The notes beneath the pieces are model-generated. The model made no database searches, had not been told where the DNA came from, and saw only the letters and a program-made list of their open reading frames with translations. Below are positions 16,880 through 28,667 of a stretch of DNA of 64,000 nucleotides, piece by piece. Location: assembly GCA_965245735.1 (NCBI GenBank), contig CBDFAX010000004.1, positions 20,867 to 84,866 of the forward strand. The letters are read 5' to 3'. Each line of letters opens with the position of its first letter. Positions within the stretch are counted from its first letter, which is position 1. This stretch comes from an uncultured Abiotrophia sp. (lineage in GTDB: Bacteria > Bacillota > Bacilli > Lactobacillales > Aerococcaceae). The position numbers and the translations under genes are program-made.

Positions 16880-17796
16880 TAAACTTGGACGTAGTTCCCA
16901 CCTTCAAAGTCCAAGACGGAGAGATATTTCTCTACGCCATCAGGTAAGATGGTCACAATTTTTTTGTCAGGATATTGGGCAGCTAGTTTCTTAGCCCCGG
17001 CCAAGGCTGCACCAGACGAAATACCGACCCCAATACCAGTCGTCCGGATAAAGTCTTTGGCTTCAGCGAAGGCTTCGTCATTGCTGATAGTCAGGACTTG
17101 GTTGGCTAATTCAGGTTTGAAGTTACCTGGCAGGAAGCCAGTCCCAATCCCTTGAATCTTATGGGCGCCGGCCCGACCTTGGCTGATAACAGGTGAATCT
17201 TCTGGTTCTAAAGCAACCGCCAAGACGCCAGGTTTGTGTTCATTCAAGTATTGCACGACCCCTGTGAAGGTACCGCCAGTCCCAATCCCTGCGACAAAAA
17301 TATCTAGGTCTGGCACTTGTTCTAGGATTTCCTTACCTGTAGTTTGGTGGTGGTAAGCTGGGTTAGCTGGGTTATCAAATTGGCTCAAAATAATAGCGTT
17401 TGGATAACGGCTCTTAATTTCTTCTGCCTTAGCGATAGCCGCCTTCATACCGCCTTCTTTTGGAGTCAAGACGAGTTGCGCCCCGTAGGCCTTGATAAGT
17501 TGGCGACGCTCCACGCTAAAGCTTTCAGGCATGATGACAACTGCCTTGAGACCCAAGACAGAGGCCAGAAGGGCGACTGCAATCCCAGTGTTACCAGAAC
17601 TTGGCTCAACAAAGATAGTTTCAGGCGTGACTGCACCTGCTGCTTGAGCTGCTTGAATCATACCCAGAACGGCACGATCTTTGACGCTGCCACCCAAGTT
17701 GTACTTCTCGAGTTTGACATAGATATTGCTATTGTCTAATTGATAGACAGGGGTATTGCCGATAAATTGTAATGATGTTTGGGACATATAGTTCAA
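16879..17796 (-). CDS. cysK: Cysteine synthase A (O-acetylserine sulfhydrylase)
   Basis: 305 aa. Motifs NLGGSVKDRA (PLP Lys), SSGNTGIA and GIGTGGT. Confidence 0.9.
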   Translation of the reverse strand: MNYMSQTSLQFIGNTPVYQLDNSNIYVKLEKYNLGGSVKDRAVLGMIQAAQAAGAVTPETIFVEPSSGNTGIAVALLASVLGLKAVVIMPESFSVERRQLIKAYGAQLVLTPKEGGMKAAIAKAEEIKSRYPNAIILSQFDNPANPAYHHQTTGKEILEQVPDLDIFVAGIGTGGTFTGVVQYLNEHKPGVLAVALEPEDSPVISQGRAGAHKIQGIGTGFLPGNFKPELANQVLTISNDEAFAEAKDFIRTTGIGVGISSGAALAGAKKLAAQYPDKKIVTILPDGVEKYLSVLDFEGGNYVQV

Positions 17797-17978
17797 CTCC
17801 TTCGTATTTGGCTGTCATCAGCCGACTTATTGTTGATAAGTATAACACAGTTTGGTATACCTGGCGCGGGTTTAGGGCTATTTTGGCTATCTTAATTTCA
17901 TATAACCAGCTATAGTTTTTGACTTGAAAGGTGAGTTTAGCCTCAGGATTTGTTATAATGGGAGTTGAGATTTAGAAG

Positions 17979-20375
17979 ATGGAGGTTGGGCATGTGACGG
18001 CGCTAGATACGTTGATTAAAGGCTTAAATTCAAAACAAAGAGAGGCGGTTCTGACCACGGAAGGGCCTGTCCTCATTGCAGCCGGAGCAGGGAGTGGTAA
18101 GACGCGGGTTTTAACTCATCGCATCGCCTACCTAATTCAGGAGCGGCAAGTCAATCCTTGGAATATCCTGGCCATTACCTTCACCAATAAAGCAGCAGCC
18201 GAGATGAGAGAACGGGTCCAACGTCTAGTGGGGGAAGAGGCTTCTTCTATTTGGGTGGCTACCTTCCACGCCATGTGTGCCCGTATTCTGCGTCGGGAAA
18301 TTGAGACGCTGGGCTATGCCAAGAACTTTACCATTATTGACCAGGGCGAGCAGCAGACCCTGATGAAGCAGGTCTTGCGGGACTTGAACTTGGACAGTGA
18401 CCAGTATAACTACAAGGACTTGCTCTGGGTCATTGATGCAGCTAAGAACCAAGGTTACCTACCGGATGATTTCCTCGCTTCTGATAGTGGCTATATTCAT
18501 GAGATTCATGCCAATATCTACCGCAATTATCAGAAGCGACTTAAGGCAGCCAATGCCCTGGACTTTAATGACCTGATTTTGCTGACCGTGCGACTACTCG
18601 AGCAGAATCCGACCATCCGCCAGTTCTATCAGCAGAAATTCCAATATATTCATGTAGATGAGTACCAAGATACCAACCATAGTCAATACCGACTGGTTCA
18701 GCTCCTGGCGGGTTTGCTTAAGAATATTTGCGTGGTGGGGGATGCCGACCAATCGATTTATGGTTGGCGGGGGGCCAATATGGCCAACATTCTTAACTTC
18801 GAGCAGGACTACCCTCAAGCTAAGGTGATCTTGCTAGAACAGAATTACCGTTCCACTCAAACCATTCTTAAGGCCGCTAACAGTGTGATTGAAAATAACC
18901 TCCAGCGTAAGGATAAGCAACTCTGGAGTGATGGCCAAGTAGGGGAGAAGATTCAAATCTACTCTGCTGAGAGTGACTTGGAGGAGGCGGATTTTGTTAC
19001 GCGAACTATTCGGCTTTTGCGGGACCAAGAAGGAGCCAACTATAGCCAAGTGGCTGTGCTCTATCGGACTCAGGCCCAATCACGGGGGCTAGAAGAAGCT
19101 CTCTTGCGGTCCAATATGCCCTACAAGGTAGTGGGGGGGCTTAAGTTCTATGCCCGCAAGGAAATTCAAGACACCTTAGCTTATCTGCGACTCTTGGATA
19201 ATCCACATGACAATCTCAGCCTTAACCGAATCATTAATGTGCCTAAGCGGGGAATTGGGGCAACAACGGTGACCAAGTTGGCCGAATTCGCGGATTCTCT
19301 CGGGGTCTCCTGGTTTGAGGCCATTGGGCGCCTGCATTTCTCCAATTTCTCAGCCAGTGTTCAGAAAAAGCTGTTGGACTTTGCTCACTTGATTGAGACC
19401 TTGCGCCAGCAAGTGCCTTTCTTACCCCTCCGAGACTTAACTGAAGAAGTTTGGGATAAGACGGGTTACCTTAAATCGCTCAAGGAAGAAGGGACAGTCG
19501 AGGCGGCTAACCGTCTGGAGAACTTGGAAGAATTTGCATCAGTCGTCACCCAGTTCGACCAAACGGAGCGGGAGGCAATCTTGGAACAAGATCCTGATTA
19601 TTTGGCTCAGACCCAGGGTCAGGAAGAAGTAGCCTTGGCGCCACTGACCGAATTTTTAACCGATGTCTCCCTTATGACCGATGCAGACAATCAGGAAGAA
19701 ACCTTAAATCAGGTGACCCTCATGACCCTGCATGCAGCCAAGGGCTTGGAATTCCCTTATGTCTTTATGGTGGGCATGGAAGAGGGACTCTTCCCACTGC
19801 GGCGGGCTAGCGAGAATCCTGACGAGCTAGAAGAAGAGCGGCGTCTGGCCTATGTAGGCATGACCCGGGCTGAACGCGCCCTCTATCTGACCGTTAGCAA
19901 GCGACGCCTGCAATATGGCCGAACCGTGACCAATCCACCTAGTCGATTCTTGGATGAAATCCAACCTGATTTGGTCGAGTGGCTAGGGTCAGGCCGTCAG
20001 TCAAGCGTCTACGGCCAAAGTAGCTGGAAGCAGACCTGGTCTGACAGTTCTTCTTGGACTGGCTTTTATCATCAGCCGACCGCCAATGTCGCTCCTAGTC
20101 GGACTATTGGCAAGAAAGAAACAGGAGACCGTCGACTTAAGAATCAAGCGGCCCTCCGGCATAAGGGGCCAGTAGCCGGGACTAGGCCTTCTACCAGTGG
20201 AGCAGGCCAGGCCTGGAAGGTCGGCGATAAGGTCATCCACAAGACCTTCGGCCAGGGCACCATCGTTAAGGTGGCTAAGGCTGGCAAAGACCAACTACTG
20301 AGCGTGGCCTTCGCCTCGCAAGGCATCAAGGATTTGATGGCAGCCTATGCTCCTTTGACTAAGGCAAGTGAATAA
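17979..20375 (+). CDS. pcrA: ATP-dependent DNA helicase PcrA (UvrD family)
   Basis: Walker A AGAGSGKT and VDEYQDTN. An extended -10, TGTTATAAT, is at 17951-17959. GTG 17994, which has GGAGG 8 nt upstream, is an alternative start. Confidence 0.9.
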   Translation: MEVGHVTALDTLIKGLNSKQREAVLTTEGPVLIAAGAGSGKTRVLTHRIAYLIQERQVNPWNILAITFTNKAAAEMRERVQRLVGEEASSIWVATFHAMCARILRREIETLGYAKNFTIIDQGEQQTLMKQVLRDLNLDSDQYNYKDLLWVIDAAKNQGYLPDDFLASDSGYIHEIHANIYRNYQKRLKAANALDFNDLILLTVRLLEQNPTIRQFYQQKFQYIHVDEYQDTNHSQYRLVQLLAGLLKNICVVGDADQSIYGWRGANMANILNFEQDYPQAKVILLEQNYRSTQTILKAANSVIENNLQRKDKQLWSDGQVGEKIQIYSAESDLEEADFVTRTIRLLRDQEGANYSQVAVLYRTQAQSRGLEEALLRSNMPYKVVGGLKFYARKEIQDTLAYLRLLDNPHDNLSLNRIINVPKRGIGATTVTKLAEFADSLGVSWFEAIGRLHFSNFSASVQKKLLDFAHLIETLRQQVPFLPLRDLTEEVWDKTGYLKSLKEEGTVEAANRLENLEEFASVVTQFDQTEREAILEQDPDYLAQTQGQEEVALAPLTEFLTDVSLMTDADNQEETLNQVTLMTLHAAKGLEFPYVFMVGMEEGLFPLRRASENPDELEEERRLAYVGMTRAERALYLTVSKRRLQYGRTVTNPPSRFLDEIQPDLVEWLGSGRQSSVYGQSSWKQTWSDSSSWTGFYHQPTANVAPSRTIGKKETGDRRLKNQAALRHKGPVAGTRPSTSGAGQAWKVGDKVIHKTFGQGTIVKVAKAGKDQLLSVAFASQGIKDLMAAYAPLTKASE

Positions 20376-20384
20376 AATAAGCCA

Positions 20385-20411
20385 AGCTGAGACTCAAGTC
20401 TCAGCTTTTTT
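20385..20411 (+). terminator. Intrinsic terminator of pcrA
   Basis: AGCTGAGAC-TCAA-GTCTCAGCTTTTTT. Confidence 0.9.
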
Positions 20412-20562
20412 CGTATGACTTAGGTGTTCGATAGTGGTCACCCTGGGAAAGCATATTGCACTTTTGTAAAAAGTTCGCATTTTCCGAGAAAAATTCGCTC
20501 AAATGCGCTATAATGTAGATTAGGGTAGTGGGCCCATGGCTCACTAGCTGACCTGGATATGA

Positions 20563-22584
<2,022 letters not shown>

Positions 22585-22598
22585 AAAGTGGTGAAAAT

Positions 22599-23834
22599 AT
22601 GAAAAATAAATGGCAGAAGGGACTGACCCTCGCGGCAGTCAGTCTGACCCTGGCAGGGTGTCTTAACAACCTAGAAGCCGAAAAAACCAAAAAGCCAGTG
22701 GTAGGACCTAACCAGGTGGTAGTTCAGACCACTCAGAACCAGCTGTCTAGTGAGAACTATCGGGCAGTTATCAGCAATGGTCGCTACCAATTAGGGGTAG
22801 CCAGCAGCTCTGACAGCAACCTTAGTTCCGCCGGTAATATCCGTGCCTTTGAAGAAGGGCTCCTGCGGATTGCCAAAGGCGTCTTTCCAACCAACCAATA
22901 TTTCCTGCAAGAAGGAACCCTAATTAATCTGGAGACCATGACCCGTTGGACGGGCCGTGAATCAGATGATAACCCAGAAGGGCTCAACCCTCGTTTGCCC
23001 GATGATGCCGAGCAACAGCGTAAGGCTGAAAGCACCATTTCGGCGCAAAGCAGTGAGTCAAGCCAGGAGGAATCGTCTAGTGCAGAATCTAGTTCCAATG
23101 ATCAGGTAATTACGGATGCGGCTGCAACTCCAATTTATCTGGCCCAAATCATGGAAAAAGACATTATGGTGGAAACCAACGATGGCTACTCTCTATCTGG
23201 GATTGTAATCGGTTTGGCCATGAATAGTGAATACCAATATACCGACGCCAATAACGTGGTGCACCGTCAAGAAATCTCAATCGGGGAAATGCGGGAGCGG
23301 GGTAAAGCTTATGCCAACACCATCGTGGGTCGTTTGCGGGCAACCCCTGAATTGCGTTCCGTGCCAATTTCTGTGGCCATTTTCAGCCAAGCACCTGCCA
23401 ATAATGTGGTGGGTGGGACCTTCGTCTTAGATGGGATTTCCCGTGAGGGGAATGCCGTAACCGATTGGACCGAGCATAATGAAAGCCGGGCTCTGCTGCC
23501 ATTTGTAGGGACCAACCAAGGTAGTAACGACCAATACCCAGGTTTTGAGGAATTCCGGACCAAGGTCAGCGACTTCTTCCCTAAACTTAATGGGATTACA
23601 GCTGAAGCCCTCAACATCAACGGTAGTCTGGCTTCACTTAAGATTAATATCGTGACCCAGTTCTATGATTTAACGGAGATTACCGCTCTGACCCAGCATG
23701 TGACGGATGTCGCCCAGAACACCTTCCCTGAAGGACTTGATCTGCAAGTGCGGATTGAGTCATCAGAAGGGACCGAAGCCCTTATTACCAAGCCGGCGGG
23801 CAGCAACCAGTATCAATCGCAAATCCTAAAATAA
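22599..23834 (+). CDS. camS: CamS-family lipoprotein (sex-pheromone-precursor family)
   Basis: Lipobox LTLAGC at the N-terminus. The conserved ligA-camS-gatCAB position supports the call. Confidence 0.75.
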   Translation: MKNKWQKGLTLAAVSLTLAGCLNNLEAEKTKKPVVGPNQVVVQTTQNQLSSENYRAVISNGRYQLGVASSSDSNLSSAGNIRAFEEGLLRIAKGVFPTNQYFLQEGTLINLETMTRWTGRESDDNPEGLNPRLPDDAEQQRKAESTISAQSSESSQEESSSAESSSNDQVITDAAATPIYLAQIMEKDIMVETNDGYSLSGIVIGLAMNSEYQYTDANNVVHRQEISIGEMRERGKAYANTIVGRLRATPELRSVPISVAIFSQAPANNVVGGTFVLDGISREGNAVTDWTEHNESRALLPFVGTNQGSNDQYPGFEEFRTKVSDFFPKLNGITAEALNINGSLASLKINIVTQFYDLTEITALTQHVTDVAQNTFPEGLDLQVRIESSEGTEALITKPAGSNQYQSQILK

Positions 23835-23894
23835 GGGGTCACTCGTCCCTACATCAACTAGCATATAAAGTCAGTATCAGAAAGGAAGAATCGC

Positions 23895-24191
23895 ATGGTC
23901 CAACCAGCCGATATTAAACACGTCGCCAAATTGGCGAAACTCTCATTCGATGACAGCAAGATTGATGCCTTTACCGAGGAATTCAATGCTATCATCGACT
24001 TTGTTGAGCAACTCGAACAAGTGGATACCCAAGGGGTCGCACCGACTTACCATGGCAACCAACTCCTCAATGTCTTCCGTGAAGACAAGGCCCAAGCAGG
24101 CGTTGAGCGGGAGCAATTATTAGCTAATGTTAAAACTAGCAAGGATGGCTTCATTCAAGTACCAGCCATCATGGAAAGTGAGGAAGCCTAA
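23895..24191 (+). CDS. gatC: Asp/Glu-tRNA amidotransferase subunit C
   Basis: 98 aa, immediately upstream of gatA. The N-terminus includes ADIKHVAKLAKLSF. Confidence 0.9.
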   Translation: MVQPADIKHVAKLAKLSFDDSKIDAFTEEFNAIIDFVEQLEQVDTQGVAPTYHGNQLLNVFREDKAQAGVEREQLLANVKTSKDGFIQVPAIMESEEA

Positions 24192-24192
24192 G

Positions 24193-25659
24193 ATGACCCA
24201 ATATCCAACGACAATCTTAGCCATGAAAGAAGGCCTAGCAGCCGGTAGATTTACGTCCCAAGACTTGGTGCGGGCGGCTTTCGAACGTATTGAAGCGACA
24301 GATGCACAAGTGGCAGCCTTCTTGGCCCTCAACAAAGACTTGGCCCTAGCAGACGCAGCTCAAGCGGATGCGCGTGGTTACGGGGCGGATGCGCCAATCC
24401 TTAACGGGATTCCTATCGGGGTTAAAGATAATATCGTAACTAAGGGCTTGGTAACGACTGCTGCCAGTCGCATGCTGGAAGACTTCGTGCCAACTTATGA
24501 TGCGACGGTCGTAGAAAAACTCCACCAAGCCGGTGCCATCATTGTAGGGAAGCTTAACATGGACGAGTTTGCCATGGGGGCTAGCTGTGAGCGCTCGGCC
24601 TTCAAAACGACGCGCAACCCTTGGAACTTGAACCGCGTACCCGGTGGGTCATCTGGTGGTTCTGCAGCAGCAGTAGCCGCTCGCCAAGTGCCTGCCAGCT
24701 TAGGGACCGACACTGGGGGGAGTATCCGCCAACCGGCAGCCTTTACTGGTTTAGTCGGGATGAAGCCAACCTACGGTTCGGTTTCCCGTTATGGCCTCAT
24801 TGCCTTTGGTTCTAGTTTAGACCAAATTGGGCCAATGACCTTAACTGTTGCTGATAACGCCTTGGTCTTAGAAGCCATTGCCGGCCATGATGCCAAAGAT
24901 TCAACTTCCTTGCCTGAAATTGACACTGACTATAGCGCTAAGATTGGCCAACCTTTAGCTGGTCTGAAGATTGGTTTCCCAGTGGATTATCGCTCAGAAG
25001 CCATTAACCAGGAAATTCGCGAGCGCATGGATCAAGCCGCTGCCTACTTTGAAAGCCAAGGGGCAGAGATTGTGGAGATTTCCTTGCCACATTCTAAGTA
25101 CGGGATCAATGTCTACTATATTATTGCCTCTTCAGAAGCCTCTTCTAACCTACAACGCTTTGACGGAATTCGCTATGGCTACCGTTCGCAAAGTGCGCAA
25201 ACCCTGGAAGAAGTCTATGTACAATCACGGACTGAAGGTTTCGGGCCAGAAGTACAACGCCGGATCATGTTAGGGACCTTCAGCTTGAGCTCAGGTTACT
25301 ATGATGCCTACTTCAAGAAGGCAGCCCAAGTTCGGACCTTGATTATCCAAGACTTCGAGCAAGCCTTCCAAGCCTGTGATCTTATCATGGGGCCTGCGAC
25401 CACCTCGACTGCCTTTGAAATCGGGGGCCGGATCCAAGACCCAATCGAAATGTATGTGGCTGACCTCTTAACCGTGCCGGCTAACTTGGCCGGGCTACCC
25501 GCCTTGTCAGTGCCAGCAGGCTTAGACCAGGCCGGGCTTCCTATCGGCTTGCAACTCATGGCTAAGCCATTGGATGAAGCAACCATCTATCAAGTGGCTG
25601 CTAACTTCGAAGCCGGACATGACTATGTCAACCAATCCCCACGGGCAGCCGTAGAATAG
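24193..25659 (+). CDS. gatA: Asp/Glu-tRNA amidotransferase subunit A
   Basis: Amidase signature GGSSGGSAAAVA. ATG 24193 follows the gatC stop by 1 nt. The track start at 24127 is an extension inside gatC. Confidence 0.9.
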   Translation: MTQYPTTILAMKEGLAAGRFTSQDLVRAAFERIEATDAQVAAFLALNKDLALADAAQADARGYGADAPILNGIPIGVKDNIVTKGLVTTAASRMLEDFVPTYDATVVEKLHQAGAIIVGKLNMDEFAMGASCERSAFKTTRNPWNLNRVPGGSSGGSAAAVAARQVPASLGTDTGGSIRQPAAFTGLVGMKPTYGSVSRYGLIAFGSSLDQIGPMTLTVADNALVLEAIAGHDAKDSTSLPEIDTDYSAKIGQPLAGLKIGFPVDYRSEAINQEIRERMDQAAAYFESQGAEIVEISLPHSKYGINVYYIIASSEASSNLQRFDGIRYGYRSQSAQTLEEVYVQSRTEGFGPEVQRRIMLGTFSLSSGYYDAYFKKAAQVRTLIIQDFEQAFQACDLIMGPATTSTAFEIGGRIQDPIEMYVADLLTVPANLAGLPALSVPAGLDQAGLPIGLQLMAKPLDEATIYQVAANFEAGHDYVNQSPRAAVE

Positions 25660-25668
25660 GAGACCGCT

Positions 25669-27102
25669 ATGAATTTTGAAACGATTATCGGACTTGAAGT
25701 CCACGTGGAATTGAAGACTGATTCCAAGATGTTCAGCCCATCACCTGCGCATTTCGGGGCAGAACCTAACACCAACACTAACGAAATCGACTGGGGCTAT
25801 CCTGGTGTCTTACCAGTGGTCAACAAACGGGCCATTGAATTTGGTATGCGGGCAGCTTTAGCGCTTAACTGCCAAATTGCCCCTGAAATGAAGTTCGACC
25901 GTAAGAACTACTTCTACCCAGATAACCCTAAGGCCTACCAAATTTCTCAATTTGATACGCCAATCGGGTCAAATGGTTACATTGATATTGAAGTCGATGG
26001 CCAAACCAAGCGTATTCGCATCGAGCGTCTGCACTTGGAAGAAGATGCAGGTAAGAACACCCATGCTACTGATGGCTATTCTTATGTCGACCTTAACCGT
26101 CAAGGGACTCCTCTGATTGAGATTGTCTCTGAAGCGGACATTCGCTCACCAGAAGAAGCTTATGCTTACCTTGAAGCTTTGCGTGAGAAAATCATGTATA
26201 CGGAAGTTTCTGACGTTAAGATGGAAGAAGGGTCTATGCGTTGCGACGCCAACATTTCCCTCCGTCCTTATGGCCAGGAAGCTTTCGGGACCAAGACTGA
26301 GCTCAAGAACCTCAACTCCTTCAACTTCGTTAAGAAGGGCTTGGCTTACGAAGAAAAACGTCAAGCTCAAGTGCTCTTAGCAGGTGGTAAGATTGGGCAA
26401 GAAACTCGTCGGTACGATGAAGCGACTGGTAAGACCTTGCTCATGCGGGTTAAGGAAGGGTCTGCGGACTACCGCTACTTCCCTGAACCTGATCTACCAT
26501 GGATTACCATTGCACCTGAATGGGTTGAAGCTGTTAAATCTACCATTCCTGAAATGCCAGATAGCCGTCGGGCACGCTATATCAAGGAGTTCGGCCTACC
26601 TGCCTATGACGCCATGGTCTTAACCTTGACCAAGGAAATGTCTGATTTCTTCCAGGCAACCGTAGCCGAAGGCGCAGATCCTAAACAAGCCTCTAACTGG
26701 CTCATGGGCGAAGTGTCGGCTTACTTGAACAGTGCTAAGACTACATTGTCTGGGACTCAATTGACGCCACACAACCTAGCGCAAATGATTCGTTTGATTG
26801 AATCAGGGACCATTTCTTCTAAGATTGCTAAGCAACTCTTCAAGATTTTGGTGACTGAAGGGGGCGATGCGGATGTCATTGTCCAAGAACGTGGCATGGC
26901 ACAAATTAGCGACCCAGCGCAAATCCAAGCCATCATTGACCAAGTCTTGGCGGCTAACCAAGCCTCTGTCGAAGACTATCGCAACGGGAAAGACCGTGCG
27001 GTTGGCTTCTTAGTGGGTCAAATTATGAAGGTATCTAAAGGGCAAGCCAACCCACAAGTCGTCAACCAATTGTTGATTAAGACTTTACAAACTTTCATCT
27101 AA
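25669..27102 (+). CDS. gatB: Asp/Glu-tRNA amidotransferase subunit B
   Basis: 477 aa. Motifs IGLEVHVEL and LEEDAGK. Confidence 0.9.
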   Translation: MNFETIIGLEVHVELKTDSKMFSPSPAHFGAEPNTNTNEIDWGYPGVLPVVNKRAIEFGMRAALALNCQIAPEMKFDRKNYFYPDNPKAYQISQFDTPIGSNGYIDIEVDGQTKRIRIERLHLEEDAGKNTHATDGYSYVDLNRQGTPLIEIVSEADIRSPEEAYAYLEALREKIMYTEVSDVKMEEGSMRCDANISLRPYGQEAFGTKTELKNLNSFNFVKKGLAYEEKRQAQVLLAGGKIGQETRRYDEATGKTLLMRVKEGSADYRYFPEPDLPWITIAPEWVEAVKSTIPEMPDSRRARYIKEFGLPAYDAMVLTLTKEMSDFFQATVAEGADPKQASNWLMGEVSAYLNSAKTTLSGTQLTPHNLAQMIRLIESGTISSKIAKQLFKILVTEGGDADVIVQERGMAQISDPAQIQAIIDQVLAANQASVEDYRNGKDRAVGFLVGQIMKVSKGQANPQVVNQLLIKTLQTFI

Positions 27103-27147
27103 ACGTATAATAGAGAGTAACGATAATTTTAGATAGGGGATTTGCCA

Positions 27148-28527
27148 ATGAAACGCTTTTTGAAATACAGCATGATTCTTCTGGGTTTATTAGCAGTAGC
27201 CTACATCGGGGGCTTGATCTTTTTCCTAGATCGCTTTACCTTCGGTAGCTACTTTGGAGATATTCCGCTCATGGGCTTAACTCAAGCCCAAGCCCAAGAG
27301 AAGATTGCTGAAGAACTTGGCAAGCGACAAATTAACTTGCAAGAGAATGGGAAGACCACTGCCCAGGTGACCTTGGCTGAATTATCACCAAGTTATGACT
27401 TGGATAAGGCTGTGGGTCAACTCTTCAATCAGCAAGATCCAGTTATGTGGCCCTTGAGTTTTGGTAGCCACCAAGATGTTAAGGTGGACTCCAACATGGT
27501 CCATGTAGATAAAACCAAGGCAGCTCAAGTCTTGGTAGCTAAAGGCATTGACAATAGCCAACGCCAAGCGGCGACAGATGCTAGCATCGAATATAGTGAA
27601 GCAGATGGCTACCAAGTGAAGCCGGACGTGACAGGGACTCAGGTTGATACCGATAGCCTGGCTCAAGACATGTTAGTTGCGGCAACACAAGAAAAGAACA
27701 GTGTGGATGTCAGCCAGGCTTATGCCAAGGCAACAATCCAAGCAGATAGTGACACTATGAAGTCAGCGATTGGCTTAATCAAGCAATATAGTGAGAACCC
27801 AATCGTTCTTCAGATTGCTGGCGATGATGTTCAAATTCCAACCAAGACTATTGAGTCTTGGATGCACTTTGACGAGAATAACCAAGTCAGCTTCGACCGC
27901 GAGCTTATCAAGGCTTACGTTCAAGAATTGAATGACAAATACTCTACCTATAATAAGACGCGTGAGTTCAAATCAACCTTACGCGGTACAGTAGAGGTGC
28001 CACCTGGCATTATGGGCTGGGGCATTGAAGTGGACCAGGAAGTCGACAAGATCGAGCAAGAGCTGCTGGCTCACCAACCAGTTAAGCGTGAACCTGCCGT
28101 TAACTCGACTGGTGGCGTACCTAACGCCAAGGATGATATCGGCCCAACCTACGTGGAGGTAGATATCAGCAACCAAACCATGTTCCTCTATAAGGATCAC
28201 AAGAAAATCTTGGAAGCTCCTGTGGTTACCGGTCAACCAGCAGCTGAGACAGTCCCTGGGGCAGGGGCCATCATTGAGAAGCTTTCTGGGACCCGACTCA
28301 AGGGTTACAACCAGTTCTACCGAGTAGACTACTCTGTACCAGTTAACTACTGGATGCGTTTCGATGATAAATCCCAAGGGATTCACGACGCGCCATGGCA
28401 AAGCCAATTTGGTGGAGATGTTTGGACCTACAGTGGTTCCTTAGGCTGTGTTAACTCACCACTGGACGCAGCAGCAACCATCTACGAGAACGTAGAATAT
28501 GGGACACCTGTTATCGTCTTTAACTAA
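27148..28527 (+). CDS. L,D-transpeptidase (YkuD domain) with an N-terminal membrane anchor
   Basis: C-terminal catalytic motif IHDAPW...GSLGCVN. There is an N-terminal TM helix. ATG 27148 is preferred over TTG 27142. Confidence 0.8.
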   Translation: MKRFLKYSMILLGLLAVAYIGGLIFFLDRFTFGSYFGDIPLMGLTQAQAQEKIAEELGKRQINLQENGKTTAQVTLAELSPSYDLDKAVGQLFNQQDPVMWPLSFGSHQDVKVDSNMVHVDKTKAAQVLVAKGIDNSQRQAATDASIEYSEADGYQVKPDVTGTQVDTDSLAQDMLVAATQEKNSVDVSQAYAKATIQADSDTMKSAIGLIKQYSENPIVLQIAGDDVQIPTKTIESWMHFDENNQVSFDRELIKAYVQELNDKYSTYNKTREFKSTLRGTVEVPPGIMGWGIEVDQEVDKIEQELLAHQPVKREPAVNSTGGVPNAKDDIGPTYVEVDISNQTMFLYKDHKKILEAPVVTGQPAAETVPGAGAIIEKLSGTRLKGYNQFYRVDYSVPVNYWMRFDDKSQGIHDAPWQSQFGGDVWTYSGSLGCVNSPLDAAATIYENVEYGTPVIVFN

Positions 28528-28531
28528 TAGC

Positions 28532-28562
28532 AAAAAACGAGACCCTAGGGTCTCGTTTTTTT
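28532..28562. terminator. Intrinsic terminator (bidirectional shape)
   Basis: AAAAAACGAGACCC-TA-GGGTCTCGTTTTTTT. Confidence 0.9.
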
Positions 28563-28580
28563 AGGTCTTGAGGTAAAAAT

Positions 28581-28618
28581 AACTTCCCATTATATCATAT
28601 ATGATATAATGGGAAGTT
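28581..28618. repeat. Perfect 38-bp palindrome (19+19, no loop)
   Basis: AACTTCCCATTATATCATAT|ATGATATAATGGGAAGTT. It lies between two complete terminators. Confidence 0.95.
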
Positions 28619-28629
28619 TTCTTAATTAG

Positions 28630-28660
28630 AAAAACCGGCTGAGAACGAGTCTCAGCCGGT
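28630..28660 (-). terminator. Intrinsic terminator of the carboxypeptidase gene
   Basis: ACCGGCTGAGA...TCTCAGCCGGT stem with a T-run on the minus strand. Confidence 0.85.
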
Positions 28661-28667
28661 AGAAGTC

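Noticed and set aside
20478-20545. Small inverted repeats in the ligA upstream region (CGCATTT...AAATGCG, and TAGTGGGCC-CAT-GGCTCACTA in the 5' UTR).
   Set aside because: The arms are short and imperfect, there is no known motif, and I had no conservation information. They do not stand out from background.
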